From Bacteroidia bacterium (lineage in GTDB: Bacteria > Bacteroidota > Bacteroidia > NS11-12g > UBA9320), in assembly GCA_965216465.1 (NCBI GenBank), contig CBDCFW010000005.1, positions 32,001 to 96,000 of the forward strand: a DNA stretch of 64,000 bases, in the 5' to 3' direction. The position numbers were made by a program, and so were the translations under genes. The stretch's first letter is position 1; each line of letters starts with the position of its first letter. This document shows positions 1 to 10,348 of this stretch, piece after piece. Below the pieces are notes generated by a model. The model worked only from the letters and a program-made list of their open reading frames with translations. It was not told where the DNA came from and did not search any database.

Positions 1-1
1 T

Positions 2-802
2 GTTGGTAAGTACTTAAAAGAAAAAAATCCGGATGTTCAAGTTTGGGGAATTGACACCTACGGTTCGGTGTTCAAGAAATATCACGAAACAGGGGAATTT
101 GACCAAGACGAAATCTACCCATATATCACTGAAGGAATCGGTGAAGACATCTTACCAGAATGTGTGAACTTCGATGTAATTGACAAGTTTGAAAAAGTAA
201 CAGATAAGGATGGACTTTTATGGCAACGTAAGCTTGCTCTTGAAGAAGGCATATTGGTTGGCAACAGTGCCGGAAGTGCTGTAAAGGGTATTCTTCAGTT
301 GAAAGATGAACTGAAGCCGGAAGATATCGTGGTGGTTCTATTCCATGATCATGCTACTCGTTATATGGGTAAAGCCTTTAATGATGAATGGATGAAGGAG
401 CGTGGTTTTATTGACAGCAAGCCTAAAACCGCTGAAGATATGATCTCCAATCACAAGCATTTGCCACTTCTTACTGTGAAAGATTCGGACCAAGTTAAGG
501 TCGCTTTCGACCTGATGGAAAAACATGGAGTTTCGCAACTTCCTGTTCAAAATGAGGGTGGAGAGTTTGTTGGTTCCTTAAACGACAGCCACGTTTTAAG
601 TCAGTTGTTGAAAAATCCAGAGTTAGCTAATGAGTCTATCGCACAAATCATGCAATCGCCATTCCCAATGGTTGATTCGCATGAGAGTATCGATGAAGTC
701 TCAAAGCTTATTTCGAAAGAATCTCCAGCAATTTTGGTGAAGGAATTAAGTGGCGTGGTTCATATCCTAACCAAGTACGATTTAATCGGAGCTCTATCCT
801 AA
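2..802 (+). CDS. Cystathionine beta-synthase-like PLP enzyme with C-terminal CBS pair (5' truncated by window)
   Basis: Frame open from base 2 (VGKYLKEKNPDVQVWGIDTYGSVF); EGIGED and EEGILVGNSAG motifs; C-terminal CBS domains (VSQLPV, ILTKYDLI). Confidence 0.85.
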   Translation, partial: VGKYLKEKNPDVQVWGIDTYGSVFKKYHETGEFDQDEIYPYITEGIGEDILPECVNFDVIDKFEKVTDKDGLLWQRKLALEEGILVGNSAGSAVKGILQLKDELKPEDIVVVLFHDHATRYMGKAFNDEWMKERGFIDSKPKTAEDMISNHKHLPLLTVKDSDQVKVAFDLMEKHGVSQLPVQNEGGEFVGSLNDSHVLSQLLKNPELANESIAQIMQSPFPMVDSHESIDEVSKLISKESPAILVKELSGVVHILTKYDLIGALS

Positions 803-1498
803 TAGAACTTCATTAATTTTCTCGTTCACTTCTGAAGCTCGTGTAAGCACCATCATGTGTGACCCATTAGGGATTATCACATCGGGCGACACATTTCGAA
901 TAGGAATTGTATGGTCATTATCTCCATGAATATGAACAATATTGGCCTTAGAGAACTGTTTATCCCAGTTGATGATCAGGTTGACCGTTCGCTTCAGGTA
1001 TACCCCATCTTTCGATTTTAGCATTGCTTTAAATTCAGCTTTGTACTTGTTTCGATCGGGTTCTACTATAGGCTGAAGAAACAGGGCTCCCGATTGGTAA
1101 AACGATGATGGAATCCATTGATTGAGTGGTACACTTTGTTGAAAGCGATAGCGTTTTGGCAGCTCTTTCGAATGCTTGGCACTCGATATCAGAATTACAT
1201 GCTCAGGGCTTAATATTTCAGCCAACTCTGAACATACCATGCCTCCGAGCGAAACTCCAATAAAGCTATACATAGAAGAGGTATCAATGTCTGCAACAAA
1301 GCGAGTTGCAAAGTCTTTTAAGTTTTCACCTTTGTCAGGAGTTGGTAGCTCCATATAAACTGGAGTAAAACCTTCAGGGAGACGGATATTCTGGAACAAA
1401 GTTGAGTCTGCACCCTGACCTGGAAACATATACACCCGATGCATAGCTTGTGTCATATTCGCCAAACTAAGCAATAGTACTGAAATGAAGAGTTTCAT
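794..1498 (-). CDS. Alpha/beta hydrolase with signal peptide
   Basis: FPGQGAD oxyanion loop, GVSLGG nucleophile elbow, HGDND and GSH; likely start MKLFISVLL at 1498. Confidence 0.8.
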   Translation of the reverse strand: MKLFISVLLLSLANMTQAMHRVYMFPGQGADSTLFQNIRLPEGFTPVYMELPTPDKGENLKDFATRFVADIDTSSMYSFIGVSLGGMVCSELAEILSPEHVILISSAKHSKELPKRYRFQQSVPLNQWIPSSFYQSGALFLQPIVEPDRNKYKAEFKAMLKSKDGVYLKRTVNLIINWDKQFSKANIVHIHGDNDHTIPIRNVSPDVIIPNGSHMMVLTRASEVNEKINEVLLG

Positions 1499-1546
1499 TT
1501 CTTTAAAAACGTAAATCAACAAGATAAGTTACATTTGATAGCCAAT

Positions 1547-2518
1547 ATGAAACCTAAACCACTTATCAACCCGGTATCTATTATTTTATTTGCAATGACA
1601 GTGATAGTCGTAATTATTCTATCAAGAATAAATTCACCATCAGTTCCGGAAGCAATTGGTTATGTAATTGGGGGTGCATTAATCCCAGGTTTGCTAATCG
1701 TATTAATTGGTTGGATCGTTAGTAGCATCGCAACCAAACACAGGTTGGCAGGAAGTACCACTATCAATATTCTATTAGCAATTTTCGTTCTCAGTCAACT
1801 GTCCTCATTGCTAAACGCACCAAAACCAGAAGAGCATAGTTCTGCAAATGCTATGCAAGACTTAAAATCTGACTACATCCAGAGCTTAAAAGATTCACCA
1901 GACTCTTCTGAAGTCTATTTTGATCAATATGTTGATGATGTATCAACCGCTATAGATGAACAGATTCAATCTGCTAGCGGAGACGATTTAGAATTTTACA
2001 AAATTCTTCAAGTCTACTTGCAAAAAACCCAACAAATAAACAAGAACTGGTGGACTCACTATAACCCCATTAGTGATAGTTCTTTTATGGATTATGCAGC
2101 AATGCAAGATACAGCAATCTGCAACGAGAAAATAGCCCTATTGGTTAATTTTATTGATGCAACAAAACGTCATCAATATTTCATGAAAAATCGCACTAAA
2201 ATGTTAGCCAAACAGTTCAAATTAACAGACTTGCCACCAGAGTTATATATGCCTTCGTTAACTGTGATGAAAGAAACCCAGGAGCGTCAAGCTCCAATTT
2301 ATAAGATTTACTCAGATGCCCATATCAAGTCAGTTCAAGCTAAGAAAGCAATTGTTGAACTGGTTAAAAATGAACACGATAATTGGAGCTTATATTCAGG
2401 TTATATTGACTTCTATGATGAACAAGCAACAGATCGATTCAATCAACTAACCGATACCTCAAATTTTTATACCGATGTGGCAAATGAGTATTACGAAAAG
2501 TTCTTAGATATTCAATAA
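1547..2518 (+). CDS. Hypothetical membrane protein (3 N-terminal TM helices plus helical soluble domain)
   Basis: Long ORF; TACATTTG promoter element at 1530-1537; ATG at 1547. Confidence 0.7.
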   Translation: MKPKPLINPVSIILFAMTVIVVIILSRINSPSVPEAIGYVIGGALIPGLLIVLIGWIVSSIATKHRLAGSTTINILLAIFVLSQLSSLLNAPKPEEHSSANAMQDLKSDYIQSLKDSPDSSEVYFDQYVDDVSTAIDEQIQSASGDDLEFYKILQVYLQKTQQINKNWWTHYNPISDSSFMDYAAMQDTAICNEKIALLVNFIDATKRHQYFMKNRTKMLAKQFKLTDLPPELYMPSLTVMKETQERQAPIYKIYSDAHIKSVQAKKAIVELVKNEHDNWSLYSGYIDFYDEQATDRFNQLTDTSNFYTDVANEYYEKFLDIQ

Positions 2519-2565
2519 TAATTCAATCTACTATTAGAGAATTACATCTTCCTTGATTTGGGTTT

Positions 2566-3054
2566 TCATTTAATCTCCTCTATCACTGCTTCAATACCCA
2601 GTTTCGTGCCTAAAAAGTAATTGTTCTTTTTAAACTCGGGAATCATTATGCTATCGATAATCTGTTTGGCTTCCCAGTCAGTGAATTTCTCTTCCAAACC
2701 AATGCCGATTTGAATGCGAACCTCTCGAATACTGTCTCCGTAGATAATCATTACGCCATTGTTTATATCCTTCTTGCCTATTCCCCAATATTTGGCCAAT
2801 TCATACGAGTAGTCAAATAGCGTTTCATGAGGTTCATAGCTACTAATTGTTACAATTGAAATCTCGTTCGAAGTTGCCTTTTCGTGATCTGAAATGAGCT
2901 GCTTCAAACCCATCTCTTCGTCAACTGTCAATATATTCTCAAAATCATTAACAAAACCGTTGGGAGCTGGTAAATACTCATGATTATAGGTTTTTGGAGT
3001 GGAGCAAGCTACAGTTAGCAGGACGAGTAACAGTAAGTTAGAAAGTTTGTTCAT
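2566..3054 (-). CDS. TPM domain-containing lipoprotein
   Basis: VNDFENIL, WGIGKKDINNGV, RIQIGIGLE motifs; lipobox TVAC. Confidence 0.85.
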   Translation of the reverse strand: MNKLSNLLLLVLLTVACSTPKTYNHEYLPAPNGFVNDFENILTVDEEMGLKQLISDHEKATSNEISIVTISSYEPHETLFDYSYELAKYWGIGKKDINNGVMIIYGDSIREVRIQIGIGLEEKFTDWEAKQIIDSIMIPEFKKNNYFLGTKLGIEAVIEEIK

Positions 3055-3077
3055 AAGAATATTTGCAGAAAGCAAAT

Positions 3078-4889
3078 CTATGCAAACGTCTGCAAATCGA
3101 CCAGCTTCTTGTAGAGCCCGTTGTTGGCGATAAGTTCGTTGTGTTTGCCTTCTTCAACAATATTTCCGCCTTCGATTACCACAATTTTGTCTGCTGTCTG
3201 AATTGTACTTAAACGATGCGCAACAACAATACTGGTTCTATTTCGCATTACATTTTCTAATGCATCTTGAACCAATTTCTCACTTTCAGAGTCTAAAGCA
3301 GAAGTCGCTTCATCCAGAATCAAGATTGGTGGATTTTTCAAGATTGCTCGTGCAATGCTCAAGCGTTGTTTTTGTCCACCACTTAGGCTTCCTCCCTTTT
3401 CACCAATGTTTGCATTGTAACCTTCTTCTTTTTCAAGAATAAACTGATGCGCATTTGCCACCTTAGTCGCGTTGAGCAAATCGTCTCCTGTGGAATAGAA
3501 GTCACCCATCTTCAGGTTATTGGCGATTGTATCGTTGAATAGCACTGCCTCTTGAGTAACGATACCAAACATCGAGCGAAGATGTTTTAGATCGATGTCG
3601 TTAATATTGACACCATCTATCGTAATTGAACCTGCTTGCAGTTCATGAAATCGTGGAAGTAAATCAACCAAGGTAGACTTCCCTCCACCTGATGGTCCAA
3701 CTAATGCAATACGTTCTCCTTTTTGAATGCTCAACGAAATACCATCTATAACCTTCTTGTCTTCATAGGCAAAAGAAATGTCGTTCAATTCAATCTTATG
3801 ACTAAAGTCAACTATTTTATTTCCGGTATTGGCAATCTCAGATGTTGATTCTAAAATTTCATTGACTCTGTCCAATGATGCAGAACCTTTCTTCACCCTA
3901 AAATACGCTTCAGTTAAAGCCTTGGCTGGAGATATAATTTGTGAGAAGATAGCAATGTAAGCAATCAAGAATGATCCTGTGAATGCTGATTCTTGGTTAA
4001 TGATCAGATTTCCACTATAAATTAGAATTATCGCAATTACAATGCTCCCCATAAACTCACTCAATGGAGAGGCCAGCATTTCTTTTCTAAACAGTTTAAG
4101 CATCAACACAAAATACCCATCGTTGTGCTCTTTGAATTTTGCTTCTTTATCTTTATTTGCATTGAAGGCCTTGATAATTTTGATTCCATGAAGACTCTCT
4201 TCAATATGCGATACCACATCTGCAAACTTTTCTTGTCCCGCTGCAGCTGCATGCTTCAATTTAGTACCTATTTTACTGATTATAAATCCACTAATTGGGA
4301 GTAACACTAAAACGAAAAGTGTTAACTCAACACTCGTCATAAAAAGAGCAATAAACGGCACCAGGATAGCAATTGGGTGCTTAATGAGGTCCAAAGCACC
4401 AGCCATACTCATCTCCACTTCACGAACATCGCTAATTAGTTTAGAAATAATTTCTCCACGTTTAATTTTGTTAAAATAGCTTAAGGGAAGCTTTAAAATA
4501 TGATTGTAAGTCCACTCGCGAATGTCTCTTACAACTGCGGTTCTCACATAGGCCATATTGTAATTGGTCAAGAACAAGAATAGATTCTTAAAAAAGAAGG
4601 CTACGATTATTCCTAGCGAGAAGTATACTAGTGATTGAAACAGACCATATTGCACAATAATTGAGCTCAGGCGATAGTCTAAATATCCCAATAATGCATC
4701 TGGATTTAATCCAAATTCTACAGGTGTAATCTGATCAAGATTCTCTTGAAAGATTACCTTAAGAAATGGAACGATCATACCAATCGAGAACACATTAAAG
4801 ATTGAACTGAATACCATGAATATGATAAAGAGTACTACCTTACTATGATACGGCTTAGTAAACTTAAATATGTCTCGAAATTTAATCAA
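3078..4889 (-). CDS. ABC transporter permease/ATP-binding protein (MsbA-like exporter fold)
   Basis: TM domain; Walker A GPSGGGKS, LSGGQKQR, ILDEATSALD; TTG start. Confidence 0.9.
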   Translation of the reverse strand: MIKFRDIFKFTKPYHSKVVLFIIFMVFSSIFNVFSIGMIVPFLKVIFQENLDQITPVEFGLNPDALLGYLDYRLSSIIVQYGLFQSLVYFSLGIIVAFFFKNLFLFLTNYNMAYVRTAVVRDIREWTYNHILKLPLSYFNKIKRGEIISKLISDVREVEMSMAGALDLIKHPIAILVPFIALFMTSVELTLFVLVLLPISGFIISKIGTKLKHAAAAGQEKFADVVSHIEESLHGIKIIKAFNANKDKEAKFKEHNDGYFVLMLKLFRKEMLASPLSEFMGSIVIAIILIYSGNLIINQESAFTGSFLIAYIAIFSQIISPAKALTEAYFRVKKGSASLDRVNEILESTSEIANTGNKIVDFSHKIELNDISFAYEDKKVIDGISLSIQKGERIALVGPSGGGKSTLVDLLPRFHELQAGSITIDGVNINDIDLKHLRSMFGIVTQEAVLFNDTIANNLKMGDFYSTGDDLLNATKVANAHQFILEKEEGYNANIGEKGGSLSGGQKQRLSIARAILKNPPILILDEATSALDSESEKLVQDALENVMRNRTSIVVAHRLSTIQTADKIVVIEGGNIVEEGKHNELIANNGLYKKLVDLQTFA

Positions 4890-4913
4890 GGCTGCGAAGA
4901 TATATCGCCAATC

Positions 4914-5921
4914 TTATTTCTGGGTAAAAAAGAAATTCCCTGCGATAATACCTGCCTTAAATTCGTCTAAAACACTGCCATCCATTTTTAATCGATAAAT
5001 GGTTGACCGTTGCACAAAGTCGTGAATATCTGAAACATACACTTCCCCGTTTTCTTGATCTACAATCAAGTTATAGAAATTATTTCCATCTGAAGCGAGC
5101 CATTCAACCGGAATTTCTTTCGTATGAGCCTCAAGTTTCCAGATACCTTGATTGATGTAATAAAGTTGATTGTTTTGTTCATCGTAAACCAAATTAGTTG
5201 GCAAGCCTGAAACAGGTTTGCGTTCAAGCACTTGCATGGTACTTCCATCAATCTCGGTCAACATCCCCGATTCATTATCGTCATTTCCTTTGCTCAATAC
5301 CCAAATGTGGTTTGCCTGATCTAAAACAATGCTTTCAGTTGCAAATCCACATTCAATACTGTCTACTACAGCGTCTTGTTCTATGTCTACAGCGTAGATA
5401 TACTTTGTTTCTGGAGCACTAACCCACAACATGTTATTGACCATCACACCTTTTTCTGACCAGCCGTTGAAGGGTATTGTTCCTGTAACAAGATTATCTT
5501 TTAAATCTATTATCGAAATTGCGTTAGCATAAAGGTCTGTAACATAAGCCTTTTCACTGCTAACTTGGTAAAGGTATCGAGGTGAGGTTAATCCACTAAT
5601 CTCCTGAACAATACCAAAGAGACTATCCGTAACCACAATCTTGTTGCTATTGTTCACGACAAAATAATGAAGCTTGTTGATCTCAGTATGAGACTGCAGC
5701 ACATTACCTATGGCTTGTGCATTCTTTTCTTTATAAACATCGTGGCTAACCTCTTGCGTGCTGGTGTTGTAAACCGAAACAGTTCCTTCGCCCCAACCAA
5801 AATTGCCTTCGTTAAGGATGACTAAATCCTTTTCTCCTCGCTCAAATGGCTTCGATGGTTCATCGTCTTTGCAAGAACTAGCGAAGACTAAAGCTATTAG
5901 AAAAAATCTTAGTATACGCAT
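4914..5921 (-). CDS. BtuG-like (YncE/DUF5074) beta-propeller surface lipoprotein, putative cobalamin-binding
   Basis: Lipobox ASSC; NEGNFG motif, VVNNSNKI, SPRY, KAYVTDLY; last gene of the B12 riboswitch operon. Confidence 0.8.
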   Translation of the reverse strand: MRILRFFLIALVFASSCKDDEPSKPFERGEKDLVILNEGNFGWGEGTVSVYNTSTQEVSHDVYKEKNAQAIGNVLQSHTEINKLHYFVVNNSNKIVVTDSLFGIVQEISGLTSPRYLYQVSSEKAYVTDLYANAISIIDLKDNLVTGTIPFNGWSEKGVMVNNMLWVSAPETKYIYAVDIEQDAVVDSIECGFATESIVLDQANHIWVLSKGNDDNESGMLTEIDGSTMQVLERKPVSGLPTNLVYDEQNNQLYYINQGIWKLEAHTKEIPVEWLASDGNNFYNLIVDQENGEVYVSDIHDFVQRSTIYRLKMDGSVLDEFKAGIIAGNFFFTQK

Positions 5922-6847
5922 ACCTTAACGGTGCTAATTTTTTGATCTTTGGTTACTCGTACGACGTACATTCCACTGGTTTCAATTTTGAAGCTATTTC
6001 CTCTTCCGCTTAAAACAACTGTTCCTGCTAAGTTCATTACCTCAAAACTAGGCATATCAACTCCTTCAATTTGAATTCCTTGAGATGCAGATGCTAAGCT
6101 AGGATATACTATTAAATTGGCCAGATTTGCTTCATATGTTCTCAGCAAATTGCCATTCACAACAGCCACAGCGTCTAAGTCAAACCCACTTGATTCAAAA
6201 GGTGACGGAAATGGGTCGTTGATCAATCTGCCTTTTGAATCTCTGGTTCCGAAGCTGTCATTTACACTTCCAACCACATCAATCAAGCGGACATAACTTA
6301 TCGTATCCATTCCTACCTCATCTAAATCGAAGAGGCTGCCATAAGGTGCTTGATGCTTACCTGCTAGATTATATACTTTTTCTGGGGATGTATAACTAAA
6401 ATTATTCGTTTGGTATGAGGTATCTGTTAAACTCTCGCTTGGAAACCTAACAAAGTTTACACCATCTTTACTCACCTCAACATGGGCTAGTTCGAGGTAG
6501 TATGACAAGCCCACTTTAAACCCATTTTCAAATACGGCAAAATCGTAGCCATCGCGATTTATGATGGCCTGATCAAAAGAAAGTGTTGCAATACCTCCAT
6601 CTCCCAAACTCACAATAGCTCCGTCAAAGGCACCTAGAGCATTTGAATCACTTCCTGCCGTTGCTCGTCCGATAGTGGTATCGCTAATCTGCATCCACCC
6701 TCTTTGAATATCGACAGATGTAGCCCAACCAGAGATTGCTCCATCATCTTTATGAATCGATTTGCTGCCGGGTTCACCACCTGGACCATCAAATTGTGCG
6801 AAAAGTCCGATAGGCAGTAAGCATGTTAAAATTAATAAATTTCTCAT
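5909..6847 (-). CDS. T9SS type A cargo with BtuH-like (putative cobamide-binding) domain
   Basis: Sec signal; VSLGDGG...DFAVFEN...EVS.DG...GFDLDAV domain; C-terminal VYPS...GMYVVRV...KVCVY CTD. Confidence 0.6.
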   Translation of the reverse strand: MRNLLILTCLLPIGLFAQFDGPGGEPGSKSIHKDDGAISGWATSVDIQRGWMQISDTTIGRATAGSDSNALGAFDGAIVSLGDGGIATLSFDQAIINRDGYDFAVFENGFKVGLSYYLELAHVEVSKDGVNFVRFPSESLTDTSYQTNNFSYTSPEKVYNLAGKHQAPYGSLFDLDEVGMDTISYVRLIDVVGSVNDSFGTRDSKGRLINDPFPSPFESSGFDLDAVAVVNGNLLRTYEANLANLIVYPSLASASQGIQIEGVDMPSFEVMNLAGTVVLSGRGNSFKIETSGMYVVRVTKDQKISTVKVCVY

Positions 6848-8496
6848 TGCTTAATTAATTTTTGAGTGGCTATTCCTTCTTCCGTCTGTACCTGCACAAA
6901 GTAAAGTCCATTTGGTTGATTGCTCAAATCGAGTTTGATCGTACGAAGATTATTATCATAAGATTGATTTAACACTTCTTGTCCTGATAAGCTATAAACG
7001 TTCACTTGACTAATTGCAGTAGATGCTTGCACATTGAACGTGCTACGCGTAGGATTTGGATATAGTGAAATTTCAGCTTTTCTCAATTCTGATATGTTTC
7101 CTAGGTCAAATTTATAAGCTAGACAGAAGTATGCAGGTGTATTCATTCCATACATCCCATTGTCGCTTGACTCCAATTCGAAGCTCAAGCGATGAAATTC
7201 TTGATTCTTGTGAAAATCAAAAGGTTTTATAGTTATCCAATCATTTAATATATAGTCTTGACTGTTGTCTGAAAATCGAAAATCAGCAAGGTAGAAAGTG
7301 TCACGCTGAATTACACTATCGTTAGCGTCAATATAGTTAATTTTAACTCGGAAGTAATCCGGGTCATTTCCGTCATCCCCTCCAAATTTCTTACTGAATC
7401 CTGAGCCATCTTGCATATCCAAGTATGCGTAAGTTGAATTTGTAATTGATATCTCCATAGGCCAAGGACCAGGACCGATGGTTTTATACAAATGATTTTT
7501 ATTGTCGCCTAAAAAAGGTGATCTAATTTCATTATGTATTCCTGAACTTACAAAAAAGAGATCACGGTCACCATTAATGCAACTATACTGGTTTTCGTAG
7601 CCTGCGGTTGTGTCATCTAACATCGAACTGATCGACCAACCTGACCAAGACTCCCAAGCTGAGTTGTATGAATTAGGGAAGAACAGATACTCACGCAACA
7701 TTCCGCCTGCTTCGTCGTCGCCATTATAGAAATCACCAGTCAATTGGCCGTTATATGGAAAAACATTCTCAAAAGATTCTAGAGCGTTAAAATCATCCAT
7801 ACAGAAATAGGCTGGTGTATTGATCCCCCAAGAGCTGGTGTCAGAGCTTTCAAAAGTGAACGCCATGCTGTCTACCTCAATTTCCACATTGGGATTGCTG
7901 CTAAAATCAACAAAGGTCCAATCTGAAACCATATAGTCTTTGGTGCTGTCTGCACTTCTAAAATCAGCCAAATAGAACTCTACCGTGTCTACACCACCTC
8001 CATTGAGATAAGACATGATATAGATTTTGAAGTAATCTGGATCTGTTCCATCATCACCACCAAACTTCTTGCTAAAGCCAGATCCGTTTTGCATATCGAG
8101 ATAAGCAAAGGTGCTATTGGTGAAATATGCACCACTTAAGCTCGTAGCACTATCAAATTTGATGTATGCTCCACTAGTTCCGACCATATAATTCGACGTT
8201 CCGCTCACTCCAGAAGCCGTATAGGCACTGTACTGATTGAAATAGCCTTCAGTTGTATCATCCGTCATATTTGAGAGCGACCATCCTGACCAACTTCCAT
8301 AAACTGTGTCATAGGCATTATTAAAAAATCGTCCGTAGTGATAAAAGCCTCCTGCACGATCAGCACCGTTGTTGAAAGTATCTGGTTTTTCCAAATTTAG
8401 GTTGTCAAAAGTGGAGTACACGCGAACGTGATCGAACTGGGCAAATGCAATACTGCTTAAAGCAATAGCCATGATTAAGTTAATTTTTCTTAGCAT
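6844..8496 (-). CDS. T9SS type A cargo with two tandem DUF4465 (BtuJ-like) domains
   Basis: Duplicated TNST.AYLDMQ.GSGFSKKFGG..DYF / FYLADFR / G.NTPAYFC motifs; CTD YPNPT...GLYFVQV...QKLIKQ. Confidence 0.8.
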   Translation of the reverse strand: MLRKINLIMAIALSSIAFAQFDHVRVYSTFDNLNLEKPDTFNNGADRAGGFYHYGRFFNNAYDTVYGSWSGWSLSNMTDDTTEGYFNQYSAYTASGVSGTSNYMVGTSGAYIKFDSATSLSGAYFTNSTFAYLDMQNGSGFSKKFGGDDGTDPDYFKIYIMSYLNGGGVDTVEFYLADFRSADSTKDYMVSDWTFVDFSSNPNVEIEVDSMAFTFESSDTSSWGINTPAYFCMDDFNALESFENVFPYNGQLTGDFYNGDDEAGGMLREYLFFPNSYNSAWESWSGWSISSMLDDTTAGYENQYSCINGDRDLFFVSSGIHNEIRSPFLGDNKNHLYKTIGPGPWPMEISITNSTYAYLDMQDGSGFSKKFGGDDGNDPDYFRVKINYIDANDSVIQRDTFYLADFRFSDNSQDYILNDWITIKPFDFHKNQEFHRLSFELESSDNGMYGMNTPAYFCLAYKFDLGNISELRKAEISLYPNPTRSTFNVQASTAISQVNVYSLSGQEVLNQSYDNNLRTIKLDLSNQPNGLYFVQVQTEEGIATQKLIKQ

Positions 8497-10348
8497 TTTT
8501 TAATTTAAAATTCTTGGTAATATTGAGTTTAATAAATCTTCCGGGTTGAGGCATATTGGGCACGCTGAAATAAGCCTGATTGGTTAAGTTAGAAGCAATG
8601 CATCCGATGCGCATCAACTTAGTTTCATAGTACCCTCCAAACTCCAAGAGGTAGTATGGGTCTAAAAAACCTGAGTTGTCGCTTGCATAGAAATTCTTGC
8701 CTACATATTGTACGTTGGTATAAACATTAAATTTCTTACGCGTATAGCTCAGCGTTAAATTCGATGTGAGTTCTGGAGTAAATATTAGTTGTTTATTCCA
8801 GGTTGCATATTGCCGATCTCCTGATCGATTGAGAGATTGCACCCAATGAATGTTGTTGTTAATTACAAAGTCTCCTCCTAATACTTTCAAATTAAACATA
8901 TTCACCCATTCAACTCCGCGCACATGCACATTGGTAACATTTTCAACTTGAACAGGAAGAATTCCTTGCCAAACAATCATATTAGAATATTGGCCCAAGT
9001 AAGGATTTAGTCTTACCATATATTTCTTCGAATTGTGAATGAACTTCACGTCCAAACGATAGCCTTCCTCTGGAATTAGGTCTGGATTTCCCATTGCCAA
9101 TCCAGGTTCGAACCAATACAACTCATTTAAGGTAGGTAGTCTATATACTTTTTGAGCAAAAAGCTTAATAAGGGTATTCTTTTTTACCACCCGATCAAAA
9201 TATAGTTTAGTGTTGAATACTGACTTATGGTTGAATGAAGTGAACTGTTGTCCGAAATAAACTGTACTCTTATTCCATCTTCGCGATAAGTCATAGTAAT
9301 AGCGAAGTCTAAACCAATTTACATTATTTTCAATGTTATTTGATATGTATATGGCATTTTCATTTCCAAGACCGGTTGAAAGGTCTAAGTTTCCTATAAT
9401 GCTTCGTGAATAAGACAACACGCTATTTACGTTCGAAACGTCGCTATAAGCATTTAAATTTGAAGATTTTGATGAATAATCAATCTTTTCATGCCAGAGT
9501 TGATTGGTAAAAGAAAACAGTCCTAATCGATTAATTTTCAACAATTTAGTTCCGAGCATGGCATTCATATCAAACTGCCTTCCATCATCGGTAGTGGTTA
9601 AGCTTGACGGTATTCCTCTTTCTGCCGCCTGAAAGTAGAGTGTACTCGATATATAATCAATTTTGTTTCCTGCACGGTTAAAATTCTGAACCACGCTAAT
9701 ACGCTTAAAGTCATTATTTTCGATCGACCCTGTTCTATCGTAGTGTTTTAGACTAAAACTGTTTGGGGATTGTGTGCCAGCAGCCGAAATGCTATACTTA
9801 AGCTTTTTAAATTTCTGACGATACGCAAACGAAAGGTTCTTTTCTTGCAATGAACTTCCACCGAGGTTCATTGAAGCTCCAGGCTCAAAATCACCACTCA
9901 TTAATTGCACTACGCTTCCCATATTGCTGTGTCCCGTTCTTCGGTTGAACTGCTCTGAAAATCGAGCCGAGTTAAAATGGACTGCATCAATCAACGAAAG
10001 ATCCATTGTACCGTTCATGCTGCTTTGAATATTGTATCCATTGATTGAAACAGGTATATTTTGTGTACCCAATCCCTTATAACTAGGTGTGCTCAATGCT
10101 CCTACTCCTGTACTCTTTATAAATATTCCGCTTTGTTTTTGCAGCAGTTCTGTGAAAGACTGATTGGGATTTACCTTGAGTAATTGCTGAGAATAGGCTT
10201 GCAGTTTAACATCGATCGCGATAGATGTTATGGTAACTGAATCTATAGTTCCATATGCCGGTATCGTATCTTTTGACGCATCAGACGTAATTTGCCCATA
10301 CGCCTCAAGGGCAGTTAATGCGATTAATATGGATATAATTTTTTTCAA
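8480..10348 (-). CDS. TonB-dependent receptor, BtuB-like
   Basis: Plug motifs (GIFIKSTG..LSTPSYKG, NGTMDLSLI), YRLPTLNELYW...GNPDLIPEEG, NLTNQAY...PGR; directly downstream of the riboswitch; likely TTG start at 10348 (ORF extends to 10372). Confidence 0.85.
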   Translation of the reverse strand: MKKIISILIALTALEAYGQITSDASKDTIPAYGTIDSVTITSIAIDVKLQAYSQQLLKVNPNQSFTELLQKQSGIFIKSTGVGALSTPSYKGLGTQNIPVSINGYNIQSSMNGTMDLSLIDAVHFNSARFSEQFNRRTGHSNMGSVVQLMSGDFEPGASMNLGGSSLQEKNLSFAYRQKFKKLKYSISAAGTQSPNSFSLKHYDRTGSIENNDFKRISVVQNFNRAGNKIDYISSTLYFQAAERGIPSSLTTTDDGRQFDMNAMLGTKLLKINRLGLFSFTNQLWHEKIDYSSKSSNLNAYSDVSNVNSVLSYSRSIIGNLDLSTGLGNENAIYISNNIENNVNWFRLRYYYDLSRRWNKSTVYFGQQFTSFNHKSVFNTKLYFDRVVKKNTLIKLFAQKVYRLPTLNELYWFEPGLAMGNPDLIPEEGYRLDVKFIHNSKKYMVRLNPYLGQYSNMIVWQGILPVQVENVTNVHVRGVEWVNMFNLKVLGGDFVINNNIHWVQSLNRSGDRQYATWNKQLIFTPELTSNLTLSYTRKKFNVYTNVQYVGKNFYASDNSGFLDPYYLLEFGGYYETKLMRIGCIASNLTNQAYFSVPNMPQPGRFIKLNITKNFKLKNAKKN

